A DNA stretch of 64,000 bases from Phoronis australis (taxonomy: Eukaryota; Animalia; Phoronida), in contig NMRA01000370.1 in assembly GCA_002633005.1 (NCBI GenBank), positions 382,470 through 446,469 of the forward strand, given 5' to 3'. Below the pieces are notes generated by a model. The model searched no databases and was not told the origin of the DNA. It saw only the letters and a list, made by a program, of their open reading frames with translations. Below, in pieces: positions 51,646 through 64,000 of the stretch (position 1 is its first letter; each line of letters opens with the position of its first letter). Both the position numbers and the translations under genes were made by a program.

Positions 51646-54600
51646 GGCTGACCCATAAAGGCTTATTGTGTTGAGGAATTGGGCGGCACACCACAGGGGG
51701 CCGGAGGGGGGCTATAGCCCCACATATTTCTTGCTCCGCACCCATTGGATATGGGCGGCACACCATAGTGGGCTGGGCTGGGGGCTATAGCCCACCTCCC
51801 CATGTTGATTAGAATAGCTCCCTGGTGACCAGACACTCTTACAGACTCATATATCACTGCTGAGCATGCATAGTTTCTTTTCTCTCCCCTCCACATTTCA
51901 TAGTGTGTAGTTTGTAGGCGTGTGTTTTGTACTGAGCTCACCCATATAGTCACGTTATGGCCTAAATCAACACCCCACAAGTATTCCACTCATGTGTTGC
52001 CCCGCCCAGATGTTTAACAGTCTTTTGTTTTTCCTTTAGTGAGTTACCCAAACTCTTCAGAGTACGAAAGGCACTTTAGTAGTCGGGATTTAGCTTTAGT
52101 CCTAAAAAGTCCACCCATGCATACTGAGATACTCGAGTCTGCATATAGATTTCCATGTGGCCACCAAAAGCTACTGAGAAGTCAAACACTCTCCTCTTGT
52201 AGCCAGATAGCTAGCTGTGGATCACAGACACGGGGACTCAGTCTACACTGTTACTGAACATTAAAACACATAGCTTTTATTCAGCTTTGCACTACGGTTT
52301 CTCCCATGGAGGCATTAGCAACATACACCCACAGGCGTCCTCAGCTTCTGATCGTCCCCAATACACTACATATAATACTACAATCTAAAGACCTGTGGTC
52401 CGATTCCCAGTTGGGGTTCCTGATTTTTCTGTGTTTATTTGAGATGCGTAAGATTGTGAAAACATTGATCTAACTTGGGGAAAAAAGAATAATTCATATA
52501 ACCTCAAAGATTTTTGAGTAAATGACGAAATACTCTGAAAAATTAGGTTTCTGGTTTTTGCTATTTTTGAATTCATTTGTTACACCAATTTCATTTTTAG
52601 AATTGTTTTGAAATATTTTGGAACAAAAGAAATATTTTCACCGAACCATGGTAATTTTTTAAGTGTTTTGTCGTTTGAAAGTGGTTTGGTGACTCTCTAT
52701 CTTGTTTTAGCAATACAGTAAGCTATCTATTCCCAAATATAGTTGTCTAAACTTGATATTTTTTGTGGCCTGAAATTTTTGGGTGCTATTTGCTAAAAAA
52801 GGGCTATTTTTGAGGCTGTAATACTTAAATAACTCGAGAGCCACCTAAGCAATTTTAAAAAATATATATAAATGGCATGTCTAAAGCTACCATTTTAGAC
52901 TATTGAAGTGTTTCTGATGAAATTTGTATTTTGCTTTGCTCTGACAGCTACTTTTTGTAAAACAATACGCAAAGGGTGTTTTTGTATTCCTTCTCAGAAA
53001 TGTATGCAACACTGACTTTATGTAATGTTGTTATGTTTTTTCCTGTTTGTCATTGTAAAAATCAATTCCATTATATATTTGTGTTGTCATTTTTCACTTA
53101 ACAATTGTAAAGTAAGGCAGGGGAATCTCAGACCCCTGTTACTTACTCATTGGAACTGGGAAAATAAAGAAATGAAAAATGTCTAATTTGTGTGTGCTGT
53201 GCTATCTGATAACCACTAAAAATAAGGCTGACAGAACACCTTTCATAACCTAAGTCTTTCCCTCTCATGTTCTCTGTTTCAAATTTTGTGGTATTTTGTT
53301 TCAGTTGGTGGTTTTATTTCATGTTATAACTTTTTTCTTCTGCAGGCAAAAATATAGCACTTAAAATTGAATTCCCTTCACTAAGTATAAAGTACAAAAA
53401 CTTAATTTATAAAAAATGTACTATACAAGTTTCCTTTCCAACGTTGAATATCTGTTGGCGTCACAAAACCCTAAAGAAAATTACAGTGCCAACTGGTCCT
53501 TCAAAATTTTGACTTCTTCAATTCACTGGTTATCTCCACAACTCAATAGTGGAACTGATTCTGGTGTGAAAATTAAACATTCACGCTCAATGCAATACTG
53601 GAAATTAGCTCAGTTTTTTGTTAAAAAGCCATAGAAGAGACCTGGAGGAATGAGTTCACTTTCACAAAATCACGTTCCAGATACAACTCTTCGTTCCATA
53701 TTACTTTATAGATACTCTATGTATTTGTGACATTTAGAGGATGTTCAGACACTGAAAGAGAGAAATAGACATTAGGTCTTAATGAGCATGCCCACCTTCA
53801 TAATCATAAGTATCACTCGTCAAGAAGCTGTGGAGAATACATCAACTCAGTTGACATGGAGAGCATGATGTGCTGCTATTGAAAATATTGAGAGTCCCTT
53901 TTGATTACATTCTCGAAGCCCGTTTTGAATGAGCAGCAAACAGGGTCATGCTGCACTTGTTTGCGCGACATTCTTGTTACCCCCTCCATTTGTCAGTCTG
54001 CAGTATTTCACACCTGCTGTGTACCATTGCATATTTGATTAGCTAGTTTTTGCTCTATGGTGGTATTACTGTGTCATTTTATTTCCACTTGATGAAAAAA
54101 GTATTTTCAAAATATCGTTTGTCGTCTCTTGGTCAGTTTCTTTACCAATGTTCTGACGATACGAACGGAATGGAATAAAGATTGTGACAGCAACAAGTGT
54201 CATGTATCGAACCAATTTTGCATAGTCGTAGCTATGTTTAGAAGTTGCCTTACAATGTACTTTTGGTCTATGATAGTAGTGACAGCAATTTTTGACACAC
54301 AACTTTTTGACACTCAAGTTTTGCAAATGACATGTCAATGCCAGTTAGCCTTTGGCCCATCCCCGTGGAACAAAGCTGTGTGAATTACAAATATTTATTG
54401 TGTAACATTGTTACAATTTCATTTTTGTTGGTTAATACTTGTGCTTATGATTATGAGCTGATTTGTACGGTACTCAATTTAAACAACAAACATCAATACT
54501 AATTGCAACAAAAAATCAGCCGAAGACGTTTCTGGCGTTAATAACTCATATTTGTCAAAACATGTCTGAATTATCTTGTGAATGTTTTAAATGACATGAC

Positions 54601-55007
54601 AGAGAACAGTATACGCATTTTATTTTTACAAGTCTTAAAAACTCCAAAAAATCAAGCAATTCGACTCATTACTTTACCAAATCTTGAAACGAGGGAACGA
54701 GCGCTCCGTAAAACCGGAAGTTTTCTATCCTGCGTGTGCAGCGCCCTCTCATCGTTAGTGCTTATGTCCCGTGGCCCGCGACATGCGCAACGCGCTCTAA
54801 CGGAGTTGGCAGTCCCTATCTATAGTCTATGATGTAATTGCCTACATCACATGCTTCCCCAAGAATCTTGGTGAAGCATGTGATGTAGACAGTACCACTG
54901 TCTGAAATGGGCCAGGGCTACTGGCACAGACAGTGGTCATCCTGCCATATGCCAGAAGCTTTTAGGAAATTAATGGCTCGCACAGACTAAACCATCAGTC
55001 ATGTTGC

Positions 55008-55180
55008 TGTTGTACTAGTACTTAGTCACAGATTTACTAGTGTTGTGAGACACTATTTGTACTAGTACAGTCACAGGTTCACTAGTGTAGTGAGACACTA
55101 TTTGTACTAGTACACAGTCACAGGTTCACTGGTGTAATATTTGTACTAGTGCACAGTCACAGGTTCACTAGTGTAGTGAG
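55008..55180. repeat. Degenerate ~40-bp tandem repeat
   Basis: tgtactagtac...agtcacaggttcactagtgtag units. Confidence 0.7.
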
Positions 55181-56499
55181 GTTCGTGAGTCTCACTGCTG
55201 CGCTGGCCTTCTGCTGCACACCTTCCCCCCAGTCGGCATTGAAAGACGACTGTTGTTTGTTTTGGAAACTGCTGACATTGGTTGTCCAGGCCCATATGCA
55301 GGTGGTGGCCATTAAGGGCACAATATGAATGTTCAGGGTCCCTCAGCAGCCGATACACGTGCTGGTGCAAAGGGCGGCACTTGACCTAGCAGCGTACATC
55401 CCAGGCATCCAAAGGGATGCCCTGGCAATAATCTAGATGCTAGACACCCTGGCAAGGACACCCAATGTATCATTTGGACGTTCATTGTCAATAAGAACCT
55501 TTCAAGTTAAGACACACACATTGTAATGATTACTAGGAAGCCCAGACGCATAGCTAAAAGAAGAAGTGAGCTCACTGTACTGGTTCTTTCTTCTAAGCAG
55601 GAAGAAATATACATCGTATATACGATGTTGCCATGTTCAAACTAGGTTTAAAACATTGCGTATCCAACACCTTTCAAGCATTTGCCCAGGTTTGGTTGTC
55701 AAAGTTTCTTCCACTGTTGACTATGCTCCCAGTGGTCTTATCTCCATAGTTCAAGACTTTATCTAGGAGTCATACCTTAGTGTAATTGCAAATTGATGTG
55801 TCAGAGCTGTTATTTCATGATTTTCATCTTTTCATAAAAATCAAAAGTGAAATAAGTGTCATTATTTCATTACTATAATGTGCCACGAGAATACGCCCAT
55901 TCAAAATTTTTTAGTTTGCGCTCGTTTCATGCTTTTCATTGTGCGTTTTAAGGTTTTAATATAGAACAGCAGTGACACCTGTTGCCAAAATATAAACCAT
56001 ACATCATATGTCCATCTTTCTTGTTTTGTGTTTGCAGCTCTAATGTCTCATTTTACAGAATACTAAAGCTAGTTTAGATGATATGACGAACTTTATAAGA
56101 TCAATTTGACTGGAGGTCACCAGAAACATAGTGCACTCATCGTTCAACCAATATCTCTAATATTTGTTTGGTAAGCTACTTGGCTGTGTTCGTAAATTTA
56201 GATGTAAAAGTCTTGGTCTACACATTTTTTGAGTAAAAAAGCTCACTACAGAGGGCTGTTTTGTAATTTTAGATGTAAAAATCTTGGTTTACGCATTCTT
56301 TTTTAAAAAGCTTACTATGTGTGGTGAACGGTCGTGGGGGTTTATGCATCGTCGAATCATGGACACCCTGGAATATTGGGAACCCTATTTTGGACACCCT
56401 ATTTTCAAATTCCTGGATAAAGACCTGCCTACTGACCACTGAACTGAACGGACATACACACAACTCCAGGAGCACCCTTAGTATTATTGCAAGAGGAGT

Positions 56500-56972
56500 G
56501 GCAGTCTAGCTGGGAAAGTTTGTCTGGTGAGGGGAGCTAGTTATTGTATTGATAAAGACATTGCTCTGCAGCTGGCTCATGGTAGGGCCACACTGTACAT
56601 TACAGGCTGCACCCACCAGTCCAAAGAAGGTTTATACATGTCCCTCTCCTGACTACTGCTGATGAAGTAAGCATCCGTGGTGGCCTGTATACTCGTCCAG
56701 TGGGATCACAGTAACCCTGACGATGTGAAGAAACTGTTAAACGAAATCGAGCAAGGTCAAAAAGGCATACTAGATGTTCTTGTCAACAATGCGTACTCAG
56801 GTGTTGATCCAATTTTTCAAGGCATAGGAAAGAAGTTTTACAAGAGCGATCTTGTTGAACTCTGGGATAGTATTTACAACATGAGGTTAAGAAAGCACAA
56901 TGTCTTTAGAGTTTATGCAGCTCTACAAATGGTGGCACAGAACAAGGGTTTCATAATAAACATCTCCTCCAT
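56500..56972 (+). pseudogene. DHRS1: DHRS1-like short-chain dehydrogenase processed pseudogene (N-terminal half)
   Basis: LAGKVCLVRGASYCIDKDIALQLA...TLYITG; frameshift and stop; GILDVLVNNAYSGV...WDSIYN.RLR.H...YAA..MV...KGFIINISS. Intronless; TGxxxGxG motif destroyed; 3'-truncated. Confidence 0.8.
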
Positions 56973-58969
56973 TTTATTTGATTAGAGGCAAAACGTAATG
57001 AAGAACTTAATTTATTCATTTATCTTTTGAAACAGGCCAATTCCTGTACCAGCCTTATAATCCACACTGCTCTAATAGAGTGGCCAAGCCAAGGCCATTA
57101 TAACTCATCCCTCTGTCCTGCCTCCTCTCCTAAACAGTGCAGAGTCTCACTGAGAGTACTTACAACATACGGCCAACCAGCTTCCACCAAGGTCCAGATT
57201 TGACGGGCACACTTCCTGAGTTTGAGATGTAAATATGAAGATGCCATTCGGGAAACTATCACATGGACTAACGCAGGACAAGTACAGTTTGAGCATAGAA
57301 GTACACTTCAGGAGACTAGTGTCTTTAATTTTTTTTAACTTACTTGGTTTTTTCCAACAATACATCTTTTCATTTGTCAACGATGCCATTTTGTCCAGGT
57401 ACAAGAGGTGCAATGCTGGCGCCCAAGTTTCAAGCTCTATAGCGAACCCTGGCAGATCACTAGTGCAGTGCGTTAGTAACTGGCTTACTCCTGAGGTCAT
57501 GGAGGTAACCTTGATTGTGATCTAAACATTTGCATGTTAGATATGCATAGTGATGCATTCATAACATGGATTAGATCACAATTTGGGTCACTAAATGAAG
57601 GACTATTAAAAAATTGTTGTTTGCAGGAGTATTTGTTTGAGTTGGAAGATTTAAAGACTCAAAGTACCTCCAAATGTGCCCATCTACACTTGAAAGGTAC
57701 ATATATAGAAATTTAACTTTGAATAGCTTAGCTACTTTTAAGCACAATTTGCAGAAATTCTTCCACTTCACAGGCTACATCAGGGTTAGGAAAATTACAT
57801 CGCCTATGGATGCTGTAGGTGTCCACCCACTGTAGCATATCCCTATAAAAAGTTAATAATTTCAACAAAAAAAATAACAATGAATGAAGCATGCATATAT
57901 AGGTAGTAGATTATGATTAGCACGTACCATGACACTAGAGACAATTTAGTTAACATAATGTGAACATAGCTATGGAAATTTGTCGAGGTTCACTTGGGGT
58001 TTCACTGCCGGTTGCCATCTTTAGGAAGTTGCACCAAATCACGCTAGATCAGGAACAAAAAGTCCCAGAGACACAAATCTTATTCCTCGTAATATCCTCC
58101 CGTTCTACATTTGTCAGCCATCAGGTCGCACACTCTGCTCAGTCTCTTGTTGTGGCCTAACTTGCATGATGCCAATTGACTTACTTTGTATGGTCATCGT
58201 GTGTGGTGAAAAAGTTAATGCTGACGAAAAACGTGGATTTGAATTCTTTGCTATTTCGATTGCTGTAGACATGTTTCATCTAGGATATGCATAGAACTAG
58301 AACGGATCATCAGTGAAGAAAGGAAGTGCTTTTCTAAGCGACAATTTTAATTTGAAGAGGTGAGAATCTCTTATTCTGTGACCGTACTTGGACTACCACC
58401 TGTTTAAAATTCATGGGAATGACATTTGTACAGAGACTGATTGGGAGCAATGTAGCCTCTCGTCAGCTAGCCGAGAGGCTACCTGTCGCTTGCATCAGGG
58501 TGTGTCATCGTCAAGCGATGGAGTTGCCAGCCAGCTAGTCTTGTACACTGGAAAATTTCTGCAAATTACAGTCACGTTACTTTGTACCATTTGAATTTCT
58601 TTCCTTCTCTTATTTGCGCGGCTTAAGTTTTGCACAGTTGGAAAATGTCAAAACAAAGCCCTATCTTTAACAAATCACAATTTAACTAATGTTATTAAAA
58701 TCTGAACACTTTATATTCAGCAGTTCATTCATCCACTTGGGACATCTCATACTGTTGTGAGGTGAAAAGGGTGATCTAGGTGAGCGTTATGTAACCCGGA
58801 GGCATTAGCTGGATAGAGAATTTCACCAACAATGGAGTAAAGTATTTTTACATTAGAACTAGATGAACTAAATTAATTGCTGTTAATTGGATCAGTTGAT
58901 TGCATTTTGTTAACAGATAGCAATTTTTGGTTATTTGGTTATTCAGTTAAATTCGCACACCCGTCAATC

Positions 58970-59099
58970 ACAAAGTCTGTATATTCAGTTTATTTTGGAC
59001 TTCCACTCTATGGGGGAAGTAGGTGGAGAAAAGATCACAAAGTATGTATATTCAGTTTATTTTGGACTTCCACTCAATGGGGAAGTAGGTGGAGAAAAG
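58970..59099. repeat. ~68-bp direct repeat x2
   Basis: caaagt(c/a)tgtatattcagtttattttggacttccactc...gtaggtggagaaaag. Confidence 0.85.
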
Positions 59100-59903
59100 G
59101 GCCGTCCCGGATTACACGACGATAGAACTTTCCTTTGTTTCGGAGGTAAGAAAGCGCATGACCTCATTTTGGAAATCAGGCACATTGTCGTGTCTCTTTT
59201 TTATGTTGTGAAGGTGAGGAATTTCACATCACGCATCCACGGGTGTTTTGTCCAGTTTATCAAACTTTTTCATGTCGGAGTTGCTGTGCGCAGCACAACA
59301 GTAGTACTTCGTTGAAGCTACTGAGAAAAACAACAAAGAGTAACATGTGAAACTTCAATGGCACGAGAACAAGGCACCAAATGTGCCTGGCGGATGTTTA
59401 TTGCATTGTGGATAAATACAGAGAGATTCAAATGTCACTGTGTAATGGCCCTATTAGATTAGCTAAAACAATACAAAAACACTTTGGCTTGGCCAAGATG
59501 AAGTGCTCGTTTTTGTTTTTTCTTTGTTATGTGCAGCTTGTGATTAGCGCTGTAAAGTCCATAGCCCTGTAATGTCCATGGCCCTGTAAAGTCCGTAGCC
59601 TCTCAAAACATGATGTGATTAGTTTTTTCATACAAATTCCTTCATAGAATGAAATTTGAATAAATCCATACGTTTAATGCACGGTAACACAACAGTTGTG
59701 TGTGGTACATTTAAACCATGCCTACCTTAACTTGTGCACAGTTAAAGAAGATTAGAGTTTATCCTTAAATACCCGTTTTTTTGTCTTATATCATATCATT
59801 AGGTAGAGGTGACACTAGTGATACTTTCTATGTCTAACAAAAACCCAATACATAATTTGATGACTCTGAAATGGCTGCATTATGTTAAAAAACAATTTGT
59901 AGG

Positions 59904-60037
<134 letters not shown>

Positions 60038-60279
60038 CATTAATTTCACGGATTTCATGACAATCCCGCGCTACAAAGAAAGCTGTCAGCTAGGAATTTT
60101 AGTTCTTTCCATGTAGTGGATCGCCTTAATGTCGTCCGATGCTTTCCTCGCAGCGTTACGTACTGGTCGAATAGAGATGATGATGATGATGCTTTCAAAA
60201 TCTGTCTTTTAGTCACCTCTGTAACCATCTGTGATGGATGTCTTGAGCAACAGGACTGGAGTTGTTGGCCAGATGAGTT

Positions 60280-60841
60280 TTAAGCTTGAATATAGTCATC
60301 GGAGGTACAGTGTACCTGCTGTTGGGCAGTAGAATCTCCAAAAGTGCATAAGTTGGTCGTTTCTCTAGGAGCGTGGTCAGTATCAACATTCAAGCGCTGG
60401 GCGGCTCTGACGGTTAGAAACGTTCGTTGCGAACCTTCATCAAATAAAACATTTACCTTAGTGTGACGCCCCTCTCTCTCAATGTTGGCAGCGGCAGTGT
60501 TCAACAAAACTGGCCCTGCTGTGAGTGCCAGGTTCACCTGGGCATTCGGAGTGGTGCTCGATGGTTGGCGGTTGGCGTGGGTTCGCTTTTTTTGGTTGGC
60601 TGGCGTGCAACCTATTGTCGGGCAGTTGCAGCTTGGGGCGTTGTACTCTCGGAGTCGGGTGTCTAGCAGGTGACGTGGTGGTGATCGGGGTCGGTGATAG
60701 TTTCTTGGTTTTGGCGAGAAATCTGGTCGCGTGGAAAATGGTCTCCAGCACAGTGGACATGAAGACATCGGTACTGATGATTTCGTCTTCTGTGGCATTC
60801 TCGCCATCAAGCAGGTTGATAATGCTGGCTGGTATCGAGCA
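60280..60841 (-). mobile_element. BEL/Pao LTR-retrotransposon gag-protease fragment (internally deleted)
   Basis: RVQRPKLQLP (gag-like); VLLNTA...VNVLFDEGSQRTFLT (Pao-type aspartic protease). Confidence 0.75.
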
Positions 60842-60842
60842 N

Positions 60843-61316
60843 GCTGTAAATAACAAGTATGAGGCCGTGAAACATCTCCGTGTCTGGCCAGCAGTCGTTG
60901 ACAGTGCCTGATGAATGCCGGCTTACCAAATAACTATCCTTACGTTCCGTTGTCTGAGCTTGTTCATGGCGCCTGTTCATCACTGTATTCCTGTTTGAAT
61001 TGATAGCCTGTGAAACTTAACGTTCCACCTGCGAAGTCTTCGTCGGGTTCGACTGATGAGCTCTCGTCTAAGTCACACGGGATTGCCGTTGCCATGTTGA
61101 TGTTTGTTACCGAGCATTCTGTTTCAAAATGAATTATTCTCACCTTAACCAATGCTTAGATAAAGCTTAAACAAAGTCTGCCTCATTAGATGCAATTTGT
61201 AATGCCTTTGGAGTGTTCGTGAGTGCAAATGATTTGAGAAGCCAGCAGTGAGTAAGTCACTGCCTTACTGGCTTTAGGTGCAATAAAACTAATTGATGGG
61301 ACACCGAGGCCGTGTG
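60843..61316 (-). mobile_element. Kolobok family A, internal part; continuation of 19786-20711
   Basis: Similar to ~33845-34330 (SFTGYQFKQEYSD; NNKYEAVKHLRV); breaks exactly where the 19786 arm resumes. Confidence 0.8.
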
Positions 61317-61711
61317 CATTACAGCGTTCTGTCGTTCGGTAAATTTTCCAGACATGAGGGGTGCTGGCTCTTTTGTTAACTGCCCAGCTCAGTCTTTTGT
61401 CCCGTATGATAACAAGCAGGCCAATTACCTCCCAGGCTTCAAAGGAAACCTATGGTGGTTGCAGGCTATTACTGAAGGCGTATTCAGAACACAGTCAAAC
61501 CCTGTGCATTGGTAATCCATTTGGACAGAATAGATTGTCTTAAATTCTGTTGTAGCTGGGCGGTTTTGGTGATTCAAAAACGGAACATAGTAAGCATTTG
61601 ACGAGGAATTCAGAAAGTCTATTGGTTTAAGCTCAAATATGTTAGAACTTAACTTTCATTTTTATCAGTCCAGCTCAGTCAGGCTTGATAGGATCTGATC
61701 GGAGATTAGAG

Positions 61712-62630
61712 CAGGGCTCAACACTAACGGTTGCCCGATTGCCCGTGTACATGTAGATTTTGCGCCGAGCAAGTGGAATTTGAAAAGTACTTGCCCGATG
61801 GGCAAGTTAAAAAGCTGGCTGCATAGGCAAGTAGATCCTAAGATTGTCTGCTCGACATTTGCTCCAAGCCTAAAAACCGTTGAAAAAGCCCATGTGGCTG
61901 TCAAAGAAACTCCCGTTTTCGAATGAGCACCGAAAGGAAAATAGAACGAGTGTGGTCAAATCCTTTCGATTCTCTGAACGTGCCCTGCAGTTTCTGAATA
62001 AGTTATCACGTGATACTACTGATTGTCTGCACTCTGGCAAAACGTCCAAACAAGGAAGCCGTCCAGGCCTGTACGGCATTGGTTTAGTTGCTAAAAACGA
62101 GTTCAGGATAGAATCAAAGCAACAATATGAAACGAAAAGAGTGCGGGAATGGGTTCCGTCATGGGAAATTAGGTTTCCTGGCCTGCGAGACAGTGAACAA
62201 GGGATAACGTGTGATTTTGCCGGCGTTTACCCACGTACAACTGGAAGCACTGCGTTCATTGGCGGATGTAAGTCATACAGATAAGCGCAAAAGCTAAAAA
62301 GTGAATGATTGACTACATATTTTCTACACTACACAGCAGTTTTAAAGGCCTCGTATTGATTCAGGTGGAATTCCAAAGTAAATTCTTATGAATTCCTGGC
62401 TCCCGGTGGCGACTCCCGAAAGAAGAGGAATACGTCTACAGGATTGTCGCTTTAAAGGGTGACTTTTTCGCGGTCTATCTATTTTTCAAAAATGTAATTA
62501 TTTATTGAAAATAAAAGTATATGTGGCATCATTTTATGTTAAAATTTGATTTTAATTTAATACAAGGTACCGATGACCAGATTTTTACGGATAGCAAAAA
62601 TTCAAATTCAGGTTAAGCAACAACTCAAGT
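61712..62630. mobile_element. hAT-like element C, left part
   Basis: tagag|cagggctcaacactaac; internal ttgccc/gggcaag subterminal motifs like those near 19555-19585. Confidence 0.7.
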
Positions 62631-63883
62631 TTAAAGGCGAAGGCAACCTTTTTACATGTCACGTTAAGCAAAAATAAGGTCTGTTGATTATCCTAAACAT
62701 ATTTTTTACTTAATTACAGCTTTTCGTAATTTAATTAATTTCTCGTCCTCTACTCCGGAAGTGACGTTTTAGGAGGCAATAATTTCATGCCAATTTTTCA
62801 TACAGTCAGACTGTGAGAGCAGTCAAGTCAGTCATTGTTCTACCTTGGATGTGATAAGTTCGGTCGTCGTTTGCTTTTGTTTACGAGTCAGTCAACATGC
62901 CGCACTGTTGCTGTGTACCAGGATGTACTCATTATCGTCTCACGTGCGCTTTGAGTACCTTGCATCGTTTCGGAAGCATTACACACTTCGCCGTACTTGG
63001 CTAGCTCGTTCGTGTGAAGAACGCAGTGCTACCCGTTCACGCAACATACAAAGCAGTGGCAAGCATTTTCAGCCGTCAGATTACAGCTTGCCAGGGTAGG
63101 CAAGGGCTGGGCNTTTCTACACTACACAGCAGTTTTAAAGGCCTCGTATTGATTCAGGTGGAATTCCAAAGTAAATTCTTATGAATTCCCGGCTCCCGGT
63201 GGCGACTCCCGAAAGAAGAGGAATACGTCTACAGGATTGTCGCTTTAAAGGGTGACTTTTTCGCGGTCTATTTTTCAAAAATGTAATTATTTATTGAAAA
63301 TAAAAGTATATGTGGCATCATTATATGTTAAAATTTGATTTTAATTTAATACAAGGTACCGATGACCAAAACTGTGCAAGATTTTTACGGATAGCAGAAA
63401 TTCAAATTCAGGTTAAGCAACAACTCAAGTTTAAAGGCGAAGGCAACCTTTTTACATGTCACGTTAAGCAAAAATAAGGTCTGTTGATTATCCTAAACAT
63501 ATTTTTCACTTAATTACAGCTTTTCGTAATTTAATTAATTTCTCGTCCTTTACTCCGGAAGTGACGTTTTAGGAGGCAATAATTTCGTGCCAATTTTTCA
63601 TATAGTCAGACTGTGAGAGCTGTCAAGTCAGTCATTGTTCTACCTCGGATGTGATAAGTTCAGTCGTCGTTTGCTTTTGTTTACGAGTCAGTCAACTTGC
63701 CGCACTGTTGCTGTGTACCAGAATGTACTCATTATCGTCTCACGTGCGCTTTGAGTACCTTGCATCGGTTTCGGAAGCATTACACACTTCGCCGTACTTG
63801 GCTAGCTCGTTCGTGTGAAGAACGCAGTGCTACCCGTTCACGCAACGTACAAAGCAGTGGCAAGCATTTTCAGCCGTCAGATT
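62631..63883 (+). mobile_element. Kolobok element D, left end with THAP N-terminus (two haplotype-like copies, starting 62631 and 63431, around the n at 63113)
   Basis: TTAA-aggcgaaggcaacc; (M)PHCCCVPEC...LHRF...RRTWL...KHFQPSD. Confidence 0.75.
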
Positions 63884-64000
63884 ACAGCTTGCCAGGGTAG
63901 GCAAGGGCTGGGCTACAAGACCGAAAGCCAGCAAGGGAAAGATCTAAAGACCCGGGCAGAGACAGAATAATCAGGGAGGTAAGATCATCAGAGAACGAAG
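63884..64000 (+). mobile_element. REL-type LINE (same family as 17150-18420), 5'-truncated, runs off the window
   Basis: Near-identical to 17307-17424, with a few substitutions and one indel. Confidence 0.9.

Noticed and set aside
52011-52370. Possible solo LTR (TG...CA, with aataaa on the minus strand)
   Set aside because: No TSD and no second copy in the window.
57147-57525. 117-aa and 96-aa ORFs
   Set aside because: No recognisable motif or splice context.
61880-62284. 134-aa ORF and gtaagt donor (62268) as a candidate IRE1 exon 1
   Set aside because: Lies inside hAT element C; no hydrophobic signal peptide; the phase-0 frame has an upstream TAA.
62320-63912. ~790-bp tandem duplication
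   Set aside because: The copies meet at a single n (63113); most likely an overlap of allelic contigs.

Overview
AT-rich eukaryotic genomic DNA from a draft, heterozygous assembly (two N gaps plus single-n contig joins). The repeat content suggests a marine invertebrate, possibly a hemichordate or echinoderm (inference only). Two spliced genes were reconstructed exon by exon with GT-AG sites and consistent phases. One is a copine (CPNE5/8/9-like; minus strand, 12 exons, 15747->3294, C2B + vWA). The other is the UPR sensor IRE1/ERN1 (plus strand, 20 exons, 20975->47598, luminal-TM-kinase-KEN RNase). Both lack their 5' ends: no copine C2A exons and no IRE1 signal-peptide exon were found. Between them lies the right half of a five-layer nested transposon stack. 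Its matching left half (matching TIRs and TSDs, and the rest of a split THAP ORF) is at the far end of the window (60.8-64 kb). The ~46.6-kb IRE1 block therefore closes on itself like a circle or tandem unit sitting in a copine intron; this is either a real rearrangement or a repeat-induced misassembly. Other highlights: four IRE1 splice sites that are themselves tandemly amplified, and a head-to-head pair of tRNA-Ser-derived SINE-like units carrying Penelope-type minimal hammerhead motifs. Also present are several Kolobok, hAT, pogo and Helentron-type elements, a DHRS1 processed pseudogene and a BEL/Pao fragment.
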